DNA of 64,000 nt, from NCBI GenBank assembly GCA_963825055.1, contig CAWGSK010000012.1:480001-544000 (forward strand). Direction: 5' to 3'. The notes beneath the pieces were generated by a model, which saw nothing but the letters and a program-made list of their open reading frames with translations, was not told the origin of the DNA and did no database searches. The DNA is from an uncultured Gemmatimonadales bacterium (GTDB lineage Bacteria; Gemmatimonadota; Gemmatimonadetes; Gemmatimonadales; GWC2-71-9). Both the position numbers and the translations under genes were made by a program. Positions 17,916-30,085 of this stretch are shown one piece after another. How positions within the stretch are numbered: position 1 is the first letter of the stretch; every line of letters starts with the position of its first letter.

Positions 17916-19913
17916 TCAGGCCCGAACCAGGTCCCGCAGGACATGGGCGAGCACCGCGGGCAGCCGTTCGGGATGGGAGAGGACGGCGAAATCCCTGCCG
18001 AAGATGCGCGACGCATAGCGAGGAGCCTGTCGATCCACGGTAAGGCAGAAGCAGTGCAGCCCCTGGAGCCGGGCTTCCGTCACGGCCACGCGAGTGTCTT
18101 CGATGCCGTATCGGCCCTCGTACAGGTCCAGGTCGTTCGGCCTGCCGTCGGACACCAGCAGCAGGAGGCGATGCCGGGCCGCGTAGGCGGTCAGTCCGAC
18201 TGTCGCGTGCCTGAGCGCCGCTCCGGTCCTCGTATAGCCTCCCGGCTCGAGTCCCGCGATGCGGCGGTTCACCTCCCCGATGCCGGCCCGTTCCCGAAAT
18301 CCCTTTACCACCTGGATGTCCACCCGCGCTGGTCCCTCCCCTGAGAAAGCGAGAATCTCATGCGGATCCCCCAGCGCGGCGAGGGCCTCGACCACGACGA
18401 GCAGCGCTTCCTTTTCCACGTCAATGATGCGGCGCTTCCCTGACATCCATCCGTCGGTTGACGCGCTCACGTCGACCAGGAGGGCGATTGCGATATCCCG
18501 TCGAAGGGGACGGGTGTCCAGGTACAGACGGTCGTCGGAGAGCCCCCCGCCCCGCAAGTCCGCAAAGGCGTCCACCACGGCGTCGATGTCGAGGTCCGCA
18601 CCCTCAGGCTGTCGGGTGAGCACGGTGCGGCGCGGCCGCAGGCGCTCGAAGTCACGCCGGACGTTGCGGAGGACTGACGCGTGCTCCCGCAGGACCCCCT
18701 CGACCCAGTCCCCGGCGGCCGGGGGAGCCACCTGTTCCCTGACGACGACGCCTCGCGGATGATAGGCAGAGATCCGGTAGTCCCACTCGGGATAGGCGAT
18801 ACCGCATCCGGTGGGGAAGACTCCCCGGGCAGGACTGCGGGGAACCGGGTCCTGCCCTTCAAGCACTTCCCGGACAGGACCTGGTGAACGAACGAGGCGC
18901 GCCTCGGGCAGTTCGGAGACCGCCTCTGCCAGTTCTCCCGGATCCGCCTGATCATCCCGGTCGGCCGGTCGCTGAAGTCCGGCCGGGTCTTCCGCCTTTT
19001 CCTGCAGGTCATCGGTCCGGACAATCCACATCCCAGGCTCGGGATCGTCCTCGTCCTCCCCCGCGTCCCGCACGGCGGGCCGGCGGGACAGCCGGTGCGA
19101 CCGGCCCGGCGGCGCCGTGGGAGCGCCGTCTGGCGCCTCGGCCCCGGGCCCCTGACCTGTCTCGGGGTCATGGATCTCACCCCACAGGGGGACTGGCGCT
19201 GTGCCGCGATACGGGCCCGTCAGCCGCCGCACGGCCTGCGCCCGCGCGGCGGCCCACTGCGCCGACGCAGTTGGGTCAGGGGTCCGCGTGAACGGCGGTG
19301 GCGGGGATGCGGGGTCGGCGTCGAGCAGGTCGAGCAGCAGGCGCTCCACTGCCTGTTCCCGTGGGGAAGGCCGCGAGACCGCAGGGCGGGCGGCGCGCCC
19401 TTCGCGGCGGGCCCGTCGGATTTCGGCATCGAATGACGGCACAAGGCCAACGAGCATCGCATCGATCTCGGCGGATTCCGCGAGCAGGTAGAGGTCAGAA
19501 TGGAGTTTCTCCTGCGGACGGTTGCCGGCAGTCCCGCGCGTCGCGCGGGCGGCCTGTTCCAGTGCCAGTAACTGATATCGGGTGAGCACCGCGGTCCCCG
19601 GCATGCCGTCGATGCGACCAGGGAGCCGGAGCCGAAGGCCGTCGGTGGAGGCAATCGCGGACTCGGGCTGGAGGTGGGCGTATCGACGCCTTGCAAACCG
19701 GGCGAGAAGGCTCGGCGGTGCGGGGGCCTCGGCGATACCGATGTCGGGCGCATCGGGAAAGAAGGCCGCGACGAACAGTTCCAGGCGGCGCCTGAGGTCG
19801 TCGAGCCGCGGGGGGACCGGATGGGCGGCGGCCCGGTGACGGGCCCACAGGTCCCGGGCCAGCCGGGTTGCGGCGAGCGCCCCTTCGGCAATGACGTCTT
19901 CGGGTTCCGCCAT
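17916..19913 (-). CDS. norD: Nitric oxide reductase activation protein (VWA domain)
   Basis: YPEWDY, DVSAST MIDAS, YTRTGAALRHA, SDGRPND...YEGRYGIEDTR; follows norQ. Confidence 0.9.
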   Translation of the reverse strand: MAEPEDVIAEGALAATRLARDLWARHRAAAHPVPPRLDDLRRRLELFVAAFFPDAPDIGIAEAPAPPSLLARFARRRYAHLQPESAIASTDGLRLRLPGRIDGMPGTAVLTRYQLLALEQAARATRGTAGNRPQEKLHSDLYLLAESAEIDAMLVGLVPSFDAEIRRARREGRAARPAVSRPSPREQAVERLLLDLLDADPASPPPPFTRTPDPTASAQWAAARAQAVRRLTGPYRGTAPVPLWGEIHDPETGQGPGAEAPDGAPTAPPGRSHRLSRRPAVRDAGEDEDDPEPGMWIVRTDDLQEKAEDPAGLQRPADRDDQADPGELAEAVSELPEARLVRSPGPVREVLEGQDPVPRSPARGVFPTGCGIAYPEWDYRISAYHPRGVVVREQVAPPAAGDWVEGVLREHASVLRNVRRDFERLRPRRTVLTRQPEGADLDIDAVVDAFADLRGGGLSDDRLYLDTRPLRRDIAIALLVDVSASTDGWMSGKRRIIDVEKEALLVVVEALAALGDPHEILAFSGEGPARVDIQVVKGFRERAGIGEVNRRIAGLEPGGYTRTGAALRHATVGLTAYAARHRLLLLVSDGRPNDLDLYEGRYGIEDTRVAVTEARLQGLHCFCLTVDRQAPRYASRIFGRDFAVLSHPERLPAVLAHVLRDLVRA

Positions 19914-19916
19914 GGA

Positions 19917-20741
19917 CTACAGCGTGGCTGCGATCAGGTCGCCAATGGCGGCGAGGAGGTCGGGATCGTCCGTCAGGGGAGCCATGAGGCCGACGCGGCA
20001 GGCTTGCACCGGCTCGATGCCGCCCGCAATGAGCCGGGCCGTGGCGATCAGGAGGCGGCTGCTGGGCACCTCGGCGAGGCCGCGGTCCCGCAGCCGCCGG
20101 ACACGGTGCGCCAGTTCCACCAGGCCGGCGGCCATCGCGTCGTCCACTCCTCCCTCATGTACCACGATTTGCCGCTCGAGGGCCGCTGGGGGGAAATCGA
20201 ACTCCAGCGAGACGAAGCGCTGCCTCGTGCTTGGCTTGAGGTCCTTGAGAACGTGCTGGTAGCCCGGGTTGTAAGAGACGACCAGCTGAAAGCCCGGGGC
20301 CGCCTCAATGAGTTCGCCGGTCTTCTCGATGGGAAGGATGCGACGATCGTCGGTCAGGGGATGAATAACGACCACCACGTCCTGCCGGGCCTCCACCACC
20401 TCATCCAGGTAGCAGAGCGCGCCGAGGCGCGCGGCGCGTGCCAGCGGACCATCCTGCCAGACCGTCTCGCCGCCGCGGATCAGCCAGCGCCCGGTGAGGT
20501 CGCTGGCGGAGAGGTCGTCATGGCAGGCCACCGTCACCAGCGGCCGACCGAGGCGCCACGCCATGTGCTCCACGAACCGGGTCTTGCCGCAGCCAGTCGG
20601 CCCCTTGAGCATGACGGCGAGCCCGCGCGCGTGGCATTCAGAGAACACCGACACTTCGTCGCCAGCCGGGAGGTAGAATGGCTCCTCCTCCCCGGCGCGC
20701 CGGAGCCCATCGGGCAGGCCGTGCGCGAGCTGGACCACCAT
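19917..20741 (-). CDS. norQ: CbbQ/NirQ/NorQ AAA+ ATPase
   Basis: GPTGCGKTRFVEHMA, CHDDLSASDLTGR, YLDEVVEAR, SYNPGYQ, KPSTRQRF. Confidence 0.95.
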   Translation of the reverse strand: MVVQLAHGLPDGLRRAGEEEPFYLPAGDEVSVFSECHARGLAVMLKGPTGCGKTRFVEHMAWRLGRPLVTVACHDDLSASDLTGRWLIRGGETVWQDGPLARAARLGALCYLDEVVEARQDVVVVIHPLTDDRRILPIEKTGELIEAAPGFQLVVSYNPGYQHVLKDLKPSTRQRFVSLEFDFPPAALERQIVVHEGGVDDAMAAGLVELAHRVRRLRDRGLAEVPSSRLLIATARLIAGGIEPVQACRVGLMAPLTDDPDLLAAIGDLIAATL

Positions 20742-20744
20742 GGA

Positions 20745-22109
20745 TCAGCGCTCCGCGTCCGGGCCCGCCGGCCACGCGGCGGGGGCGGCGCGTCGCCGGG
20801 GGGCCAGGAAGAAAAAGTCCCACAGGTAGAGCGCGACCCCGATCACGAACAGGAGGCCGGTACCCAGGACCATCAGGAAATGCACCTGGATCTTGTGCTG
20901 GGTATCCAGGTAGCCGAGGCCCAGGATGCGTTCGAGGTAGGTCTGGGTGATACCGGCCGCGGCGAATGCCATGGTCATGCCGAACATGCCGCCGATCTGG
21001 AGCCAGAAGGCCCACACGCCGACGGAGGATTCCCCCGCCTCCTGTTCGTGACCGAAGAGCGCCGGCGCAGCGTAGGTGATCATGGCCAGGACGATCATGA
21101 CGTAGGCGCCGAAGAACGCCATGTGCCCGTGCATGGCCGTGATCATGGTGCCATGAGTCCATTTGTTCACGGCCGGCCAGGTATGGGCGAGGCCGAGGAT
21201 GCCCGCGCCCACCGCCGAGAAAATGGCGCTGCCGATGGTCCAGTGCAGTGCGAGGCGGTTCGGGTGGCCAAACCCGGCGCGGCGCATCGCCATATAGGCG
21301 TAGATCGCCATCCCGAGGAAAGCGAGCGGCTCGAGGGCGCTGAAGATGCCTCCGATGGGCAGCCAGTAATGGGGCACACCGATCCAGAAATAGTGATGGG
21401 CCGTACCGAGAATGCCTGCGATGAACGTCAGCCCCACGATCACGTAGAGCCACTTCTCCATGACCTCGCGATCCGCGCCCGACAACCGGATCAGCAGGTA
21501 GGCGAGCAGGCCACCCTGGACCATCTCCCACACGCCTTCCACCCACAGGTGCACCGTCCACCAGCGGTAGTAGATGCTCAGGGTGTAGTTGTCCCAGGTG
21601 ACCAGCGCGGGCAGGTACAGCAGCGCGGTGAGCACGAGTCCCGCAAACAGGACGCCTTCGGTGGTTGTGAGGCGCTTCGCCTTCCAGATGGTCATGCCGA
21701 GGTTGTAGAGGAACATCAGCATCACGACGACGATGGCGAGCTTCACCGGCAGTGGCTGCTCCAGCAGCTTGTTGCCTTCCGTCCAGCCGAAAAGATACCC
21801 GACGACTGCGGTGACCCCCGTGACGGTCCAGAGCCCGAGCTGCCAGTAGGCGAGGCGGGGGGAATGGAGCTCGGTCCGGGATTCCTCCGGCACCAGCCAG
21901 TACGCTGCCCCCATGAAGCCGGTCAGCACCCACACGATCAGGACGTTGGTGTGGATTTCCTTGGTCACGTCGAACGGGATGATGCCCATGAGGGGGTCGG
22001 GCCCCAGGTACTTCACGATGGACAGCAGCCCGAAGACCATCTGAAGGCCGTACAGCAGGAGGGCGACAACGAAGTAGGGGTAAGCGACAGCCTGCGTCCG
22101 ATAGCGCAT
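20745..22109 (-). CDS. norB: Nitric oxide reductase large subunit (cNOR)
   Basis: HTN, WWTVHLWVEGVWE, GTAHHYFWIG, LEPL, HGHMAFFGAY; 454 aa, i.e. cNOR not qNOR size. Confidence 0.93.
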   Translation of the reverse strand: MRYRTQAVAYPYFVVALLLYGLQMVFGLLSIVKYLGPDPLMGIIPFDVTKEIHTNVLIVWVLTGFMGAAYWLVPEESRTELHSPRLAYWQLGLWTVTGVTAVVGYLFGWTEGNKLLEQPLPVKLAIVVVMLMFLYNLGMTIWKAKRLTTTEGVLFAGLVLTALLYLPALVTWDNYTLSIYYRWWTVHLWVEGVWEMVQGGLLAYLLIRLSGADREVMEKWLYVIVGLTFIAGILGTAHHYFWIGVPHYWLPIGGIFSALEPLAFLGMAIYAYMAMRRAGFGHPNRLALHWTIGSAIFSAVGAGILGLAHTWPAVNKWTHGTMITAMHGHMAFFGAYVMIVLAMITYAAPALFGHEQEAGESSVGVWAFWLQIGGMFGMTMAFAAAGITQTYLERILGLGYLDTQHKIQVHFLMVLGTGLLFVIGVALYLWDFFFLAPRRRAAPAAWPAGPDAER

Positions 22110-22121
22110 GTTCGCTCCTGA

Positions 22122-22937
22122 CTACTTCAGGGTCATGAGGTAGGCCACCAGCGCCTCGACCTGTGCCGGTTCCAGCGACTGGGCGAAGGTGGCGGGCATC
22201 ATCGATACTCCGCCGCTGGAGTAGTTCGCTCCGGCGACAATGTCGGCACTTGGGGCAAGAATCGACTCGCGGAGGTATCCCTCGGCGTCCGTGGCGCCGC
22301 CCGTGTATTCCGGCGCCTGCACCCGCGCCGCCGCCGTGGCCGCGATCCCGGCGAGCGAGGGTCCGACCAGGTTCACGCCGGGCGCCGCGGAGTGGCAGGC
22401 GAAGCATCCGGGCGGCGACTGGCGGAACAGCGCCTGGCCCATCGCCACCGGATCATCCGACGCCGCCGCAGGCTCGGGGCCGCCGATGTTGCTGCCGGGC
22501 ACGGTTGCCCCGGAGACCATGATCGGACGCGGTGGCCATCCATTCGTGTTGATCTTCCCGACCCATGTCAGGAAGGCGATCAGGTCATCGATCTCCTCCG
22601 CGCTCAGGTCCTGGTTCGGCATGAGCCGGCGGTCCCGCTCTTCGCTGTAGAACCTTGAGGGATCCTGGAGGAACGAGCGCAGGTACGCGTCGCCGCGCTG
22701 GGCGGCGATGCCGGTCAGGTCCGGCGCGTAGTAGGCTCCCTCGCCCAGCAGCGTGTGGCAGTTGATGCAGTTCTTCCGATGCCAGACGTGCTTCCCCGCG
22801 ATGACCGCGGGCGTGAGCTGGTCCTCATTCGTCAGGCGGGGAACCTGTCGGTGGGTGTCGACCGTCAACCCGAGGAAGATGAGGGCGAACACGATCGTCG
22901 AACCGAGGAAGAACGCGCGGGTCTGTCGCTTGGTCAT
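22122..22937 (-). CDS. norC: NorC with an additional C-terminal cytochrome c domain (di-haem)
   Basis: N-terminal TM, CINCHTLLGEGAYYAPDL..LMP; second CFACH..GPSL..MMP. Confidence 0.88.
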   Translation of the reverse strand: MTKRQTRAFFLGSTIVFALIFLGLTVDTHRQVPRLTNEDQLTPAVIAGKHVWHRKNCINCHTLLGEGAYYAPDLTGIAAQRGDAYLRSFLQDPSRFYSEERDRRLMPNQDLSAEEIDDLIAFLTWVGKINTNGWPPRPIMVSGATVPGSNIGGPEPAAASDDPVAMGQALFRQSPPGCFACHSAAPGVNLVGPSLAGIAATAAARVQAPEYTGGATDAEGYLRESILAPSADIVAGANYSSGGVSMMPATFAQSLEPAQVEALVAYLMTLK

Positions 22938-22952
22938 CGGTGATCCCCCGGG

Positions 22953-23093
22953 TCAGACGCCGATCTGGCGGAAATAGCGCAGGGCGATGTACCCGCCATA
23001 GACGGCGGCACCGGCCATGAGGAACAGGATGAGCAGGCAGAGCGCCCGGGTGAGGGCGGTGGTGGTCGGCGGTGCGGCTGGAGCGTTGTCCAT
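22953..23093 (-). CDS. 46-aa single-TM protein, first gene of nor operon
   Basis: MDNAPAAPPTTTALTRALCLLILFLMAGAAVYGGYIALRYFRQIGV; GGAGG SD 7 nt before ATG; stop 15 nt before norC. Confidence 0.7.
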   Translation of the reverse strand: MDNAPAAPPTTTALTRALCLLILFLMAGAAVYGGYIALRYFRQIGV

Positions 23094-23209
23094 CGCCAGG
23101 CCTCCGGAACGGGAAGGAAGGCGCAAGAACATCGGGGTGGCACGTAGAGATACCGTCAGGCATGCCGGTGCGCAACCCGTGCAACGGCCGCCGGCCCGGG
23201 CGTGATGGA

Positions 23210-23632
23210 TCAGGGGGTCTGTTCCGGATGCCCCGGTGCACCGGGGGGCCGGCCACTTTGCGCGGCGTCAAGCCATCGTTCCCACGCTGGCATCGGATCG
23301 CGCGAACGACGGACCGCTTCTGACGCGAACGCGACTGCCCGCGCCGACTGCAGGCCGGCTTCCGCCGGGTTGCCCTCGGCCCGGAGGATGGCGGACTTGA
23401 GGGCGAGCAGTTGCGCATAAGCGAAGAGGCGGTCGGGATCGTGCAGGATATCGGCGGCGGCGGCCGGGTCGAGGCGCGGCACCACCAGGGCCAGACCCGC
23501 CAGGAGGCGGTCCAGCGCCGCTTCGACCTCCTCCCGGGCTGCAGAGAGGTCGCCCGGGTCACCCGTACCAAGCAGCCGCGCGATAAGCCGGCCGAGCTGC
23601 TCGATCCAGCGCATGACGACGTCGCGCTGCAC
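23210..23632 (-). CDS. Hypothetical helical protein
   Basis: VQRDVVMRWIEQLGRLIARLL...; GTG 4 nt after tadA stop. Confidence 0.6.
   Translation of the reverse strand: MQRDVVMRWIEQLGRLIARLLGTGDPGDLSAAREEVEAALDRLLAGLALVVPRLDPAAAADILHDPDRLFAYAQLLALKSAILRAEGNPAEAGLQSARAVAFASEAVRRSRDPMPAWERWLDAAQSGRPPGAPGHPEQTP
23258..23271. promoter_or_regulatory. Candidate FNR/DNR/NnrR-type box upstream of nor operon
   Basis: TTGCGCGGCGTCAA = TTG-N8-CAA about 165 nt upstream of the first nor gene. Confidence 0.45.
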
Positions 23633-23636
23633 GGCG

Positions 23637-26723
<3,087 letters not shown>

Positions 26724-26922
26724 TGCATCCTCATCCAGTTTCGGGGTACCGGCCCTCAAATATCATGTATATAATCACTTACGGAGTTGCCAACACACGC
26801 CATATATCCACCATCAAAGGGGCAATTCGCGTACCCGGCAACCCGGCCTTTTTGGCAGACCGACCGGGGCAGGAATGGGCCCGTCGTGCCGATTCGGCAA
26901 TGAAAACCGGCGGCCGGGAAGC

Positions 26923-27378
26923 TCATGCTCCCCCACCGCCGGTCGGCCGGTCGGCCCGCACATCCTTGCGAACGATCATCTTCCTGGTGCTCACGCGCTC
27001 ACCATCGACGATCAACTGGTAGTAGTACACCCCGGGGGTCACTTCCCGTCCGTCGAGGTAATTGCCGTCCCACCAGGCTTCGTGCTCCCCGCATGACAGC
27101 GGCAGGTTCTCGATCCTCTCGCCCGCCCCGCCCTGGAGCACGGGAATGGCGACGACCTGGACCAGGACGTTGTAAATCCTCAAGCTGACGACCGGTTTGC
27201 GATTGCTGCTGCAGGCCTCCGAGTTGATGACGAACGGTATCGTCGTCGCCGGGAAGAACGGGTTGGGCATGTTGTCCCGCAGGACACCCTTCGGTGGATC
27301 CGGCTGTTGAGCCCCTGCGGGCGCCGTGATCCCCAGAAGGAGGCCAACCCACACTACCGGCAGTACGCGCCGGAACAT
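26923..27378 (-). CDS. Small secreted protein consisting of a FlgD-Ig/T9SS-CTD-like domain
   Basis: Signal peptide; NMPNPF..TTIPF, LRIYNVL, WDG, GVYYYQL, TRKMIV. Confidence 0.7.
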   Translation of the reverse strand: MFRRVLPVVWVGLLLGITAPAGAQQPDPPKGVLRDNMPNPFFPATTIPFVINSEACSSNRKPVVSLRIYNVLVQVVAIPVLQGGAGERIENLPLSCGEHEAWWDGNYLDGREVTPGVYYYQLIVDGERVSTRKMIVRKDVRADRPTGGGGA

Positions 27379-27450
27379 GGGTACTCCTTACTTACAGGAA
27401 ATCACGAGCCGATATGGCACCTCCAGCGGGAAATCGGGTACGACTGAAAC

Positions 27451-29298
27451 CTATATCTCCGCGGGGCCCCGGGAAAGCGGCGACACCAGCACGCGGCGCT
27501 CACCGATCCGGCGGGTGATGCCGGTCCGGTCAGACCATTCCAGCAGTGGAATGAGGAACTTCCGGGACAGCCCCAGCCGTTCCCGGAGCGCGGCCGGGGT
27601 GATCTCCCCCTCGTCCCCCACCTCGGTCAGGGCGCGGGTCCAGCCCTCCAGGGCCTCCCTCCCATAGAAGTGGTCCCGGTCCACCCGGCTCACGAGACCA
27701 CGGCCCTCCGCGATCCGGAGGGCCGCCTCCACACCCTCCCTCTCGCCCCCAAGGTCTCCCAGTGACGGCGGAGTGAGGCCACCTGACCGGATCACGTCCA
27801 TGAGGTGATCGAGTCGAGCTTCCCCGCCCGGTACCCGGGCTGCATGGCCGGGCCGGCGGACCACGGACCCGTCCAGGGTCACGCGCCCCTCCCTTCCCGC
27901 AGCATCGATGGCGGCTTCCACGATGCCTGGCGGGGCCCGGAGGGAGCTTCTGAGGGTCTCGAGAGGGATCCCCGGGAGGGCTGGATGGTCGCGATGGAAC
28001 TCCTCCACCAGCCTCGAGGCCTCCCCCGCCAGCCTCCTGAGCCGGTCCGAGGGAACGATGCGGTCCCCGGCAATGGTCGAACGGCCGTCCGCGCTCGCCG
28101 TCCAGTTCGCCGGGACGCCGAGGAGAATGGGAAGGTCGGCGAGCAACACCCCGTTTCGGCGCCGCCCTGCCAGGGCGTCGAGCCGTGCGGCAGGATCGAC
28201 GTCGTCCAGGCCGGCGGGCCAGGCCCGGATGTCCCGCGAGGCCAGCGGATCCAGGATGCGGCCGCCGCCGACGGTGCCAACGGGGCTGTAGCTGCGGAGC
28301 ACGAAGCGGTCGCCCCCGCGACAGGCGAGAGGGGATTCCAGGTGAAGGCGCGCCATTCCCTCCTCGCCTGGCGCTATCGCCTTTCGGGGGCTCACCCGCG
28401 CCATGACCTCGGCCGTACCGAGGTGAAGCCGCACTCGCGTTCCCATTCGCAGGGTCTTCGTCGCACCGGGAACCAGCCTGACATGCGCATCGATCACGCT
28501 CGTGAGCGCCCACGGATCCCCCTCGCGCACGAGCATCTCGCCGCGGCCCAGGCCATCGCGCGACACTCCGGACAGACCCACCGCGATGCGCTGTCCCGCC
28601 ACCCCGCGCTCCACCTCCACTCCGTGGCGCTGTACGGTGCGCACACGCCCGGACCGGCCAGAGGTGAGGAATCGCACCGTGTCGCCGGCGGCCACGCTTC
28701 CGGTCCACAGCGTTCCGGTGACGACCGTACCGGTTCCGGCCACGCTGAAGACACGGTCCACCGGAAGGCGCAGGAGGTCTGACGCATCACGGCGATTGTC
28801 CACGCGCGCGATGTCCGCGAGCGCCAAGCGGAGCGATGCGATCCCGGCGCCATCCCGGGCGGAAACCCGATGCACCGGCCCGAACCTCACAGTGGACGCG
28901 GCGAGCCGCTCGCGAAGCTCTTCCTCGACCAGACCAATCCACTCCGGCGTGGCGAGATCGCACTTGGTGATGACGGGAATACCGAAGGGAACGTCGAGCT
29001 GTTCCACGACGTCCAGATGTTCGCGGGTCTGGGGCATGATCCCCTCGTCGGCCGCAACGACCAGTAGCACCACGTCCATGCCGGCGGCCCCGGCCACCAT
29101 CGTCCGGACGAAGTCTTCATGGCCGGGCACATCCACCACGCCGGCCACGGTGCCTTCCAGCTCGAGGGGCGCGAAGTTCAGGTCAATGGTGATCCCGCGC
29201 GCGCGCTCCTCGCGCAGGCGATCCACGCCCCGGCCGGTCAGGGCCTCCACGAGGGCGGACTTCCCGTGGTCGATGTGGCCGGCGGTGCCGATGATCAC
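27451..29298 (-). CDS. selB: Selenocysteine-specific elongation factor
   Basis: MIIGTAGHIDHGKS, RGITIDLNF, DVPGHEDFVRTMVAG, C-terminal GLSRKFLIPLLE winged helix. Confidence 0.95.
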   Translation of the reverse strand: MIIGTAGHIDHGKSALVEALTGRGVDRLREERARGITIDLNFAPLELEGTVAGVVDVPGHEDFVRTMVAGAAGMDVVLLVVAADEGIMPQTREHLDVVEQLDVPFGIPVITKCDLATPEWIGLVEEELRERLAASTVRFGPVHRVSARDGAGIASLRLALADIARVDNRRDASDLLRLPVDRVFSVAGTGTVVTGTLWTGSVAAGDTVRFLTSGRSGRVRTVQRHGVEVERGVAGQRIAVGLSGVSRDGLGRGEMLVREGDPWALTSVIDAHVRLVPGATKTLRMGTRVRLHLGTAEVMARVSPRKAIAPGEEGMARLHLESPLACRGGDRFVLRSYSPVGTVGGGRILDPLASRDIRAWPAGLDDVDPAARLDALAGRRRNGVLLADLPILLGVPANWTASADGRSTIAGDRIVPSDRLRRLAGEASRLVEEFHRDHPALPGIPLETLRSSLRAPPGIVEAAIDAAGREGRVTLDGSVVRRPGHAARVPGGEARLDHLMDVIRSGGLTPPSLGDLGGEREGVEAALRIAEGRGLVSRVDRDHFYGREALEGWTRALTEVGDEGEITPAALRERLGLSRKFLIPLLEWSDRTGITRRIGERRVLVSPLSRGPAEI

Positions 29299-30053
29299 GC
29301 CGCGTGCCAGGCCTGTCGCAGCCAGAACTCGAGCGCGGGCAGCCGGGCTCCCTCGCCAAGGTGCTGGTGGACGTAGCGGTGCAGGAGACGGCGGTGGGCC
29401 ATGGCATGGGGCGCATCCAGGGAGGGGAGCGCCGACGAGGGCTCCAGCAGCGCGGCAAGATCGGCGCGATCTCCGGCGGCGAGCACCGCGGTCGACGTGC
29501 TGCGCGCGCAGGCTGCGCAGACGGCTCCCCCTTCAGTGGAGCTGAAGTGGAGGGCCCCGGGCGGGATCGGCAGTCCGTCCCGTACACACGCGTCCAGCAC
29601 CGGTGTGAATCCCAGCTCCGACACCAGCCCCCAGATGCGGCGGAGGCCGGTCGCGTCGACTTCCGACTCGGCGACCACTTCCAGCGCGTCGAGGCTCTCC
29701 CGCAGGAGGTCGAACAACTCCGGGTGCCAGTCTGCCGGGGCAAAGCGCACCATCAGCTCGGCCAGGACCATGGCCCCCGCATACCGTCCCATCCCCGACG
29801 TGAGCGCCAGGCGGACGCGAGTAACATCAAAGGCGACGAGGGGATGCATGTCCCGGTTGTCGCGGAGCATGAACTGCGCCTCGCCTTCGCTCAGGACCTG
29901 CAGCGCGGCCCCGAACCGGCTCTTCGGACGGAGCGCCCCACGGGCGATCGCGCTCTGCACCCCATGCTCACGGGTGGCGAGCCGCAGCACCTTGCTGGTC
30001 TCGCGATAGCGCCACGTGGCGAGAACGATGGCAGGCGTGGTGACGAGGGCCAT
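29295..30053 (-). CDS. recO: DNA repair protein RecO
   Basis: TPAIVL...YRETSK, IARGALRPKSRFGAAL, GFTPVLDAC...GGAVCAAC. Confidence 0.9.
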   Translation of the reverse strand: MALVTTPAIVLATWRYRETSKVLRLATREHGVQSAIARGALRPKSRFGAALQVLSEGEAQFMLRDNRDMHPLVAFDVTRVRLALTSGMGRYAGAMVLAELMVRFAPADWHPELFDLLRESLDALEVVAESEVDATGLRRIWGLVSELGFTPVLDACVRDGLPIPPGALHFSSTEGGAVCAACARSTSTAVLAAGDRADLAALLEPSSALPSLDAPHAMAHRRLLHRYVHQHLGEGARLPALEFWLRQAWHAA

Positions 30054-30085
30054 GCCGGAATGTACGGTGGCCCGGGCCCGATTCT

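Noticed and set aside
27451..29298. Selenoprotein (UGA-recoded) genes near selB
   Set aside because: No gene in the window showed an internal TGA with continuing homology; selA, selD and tRNA-Sec not seen
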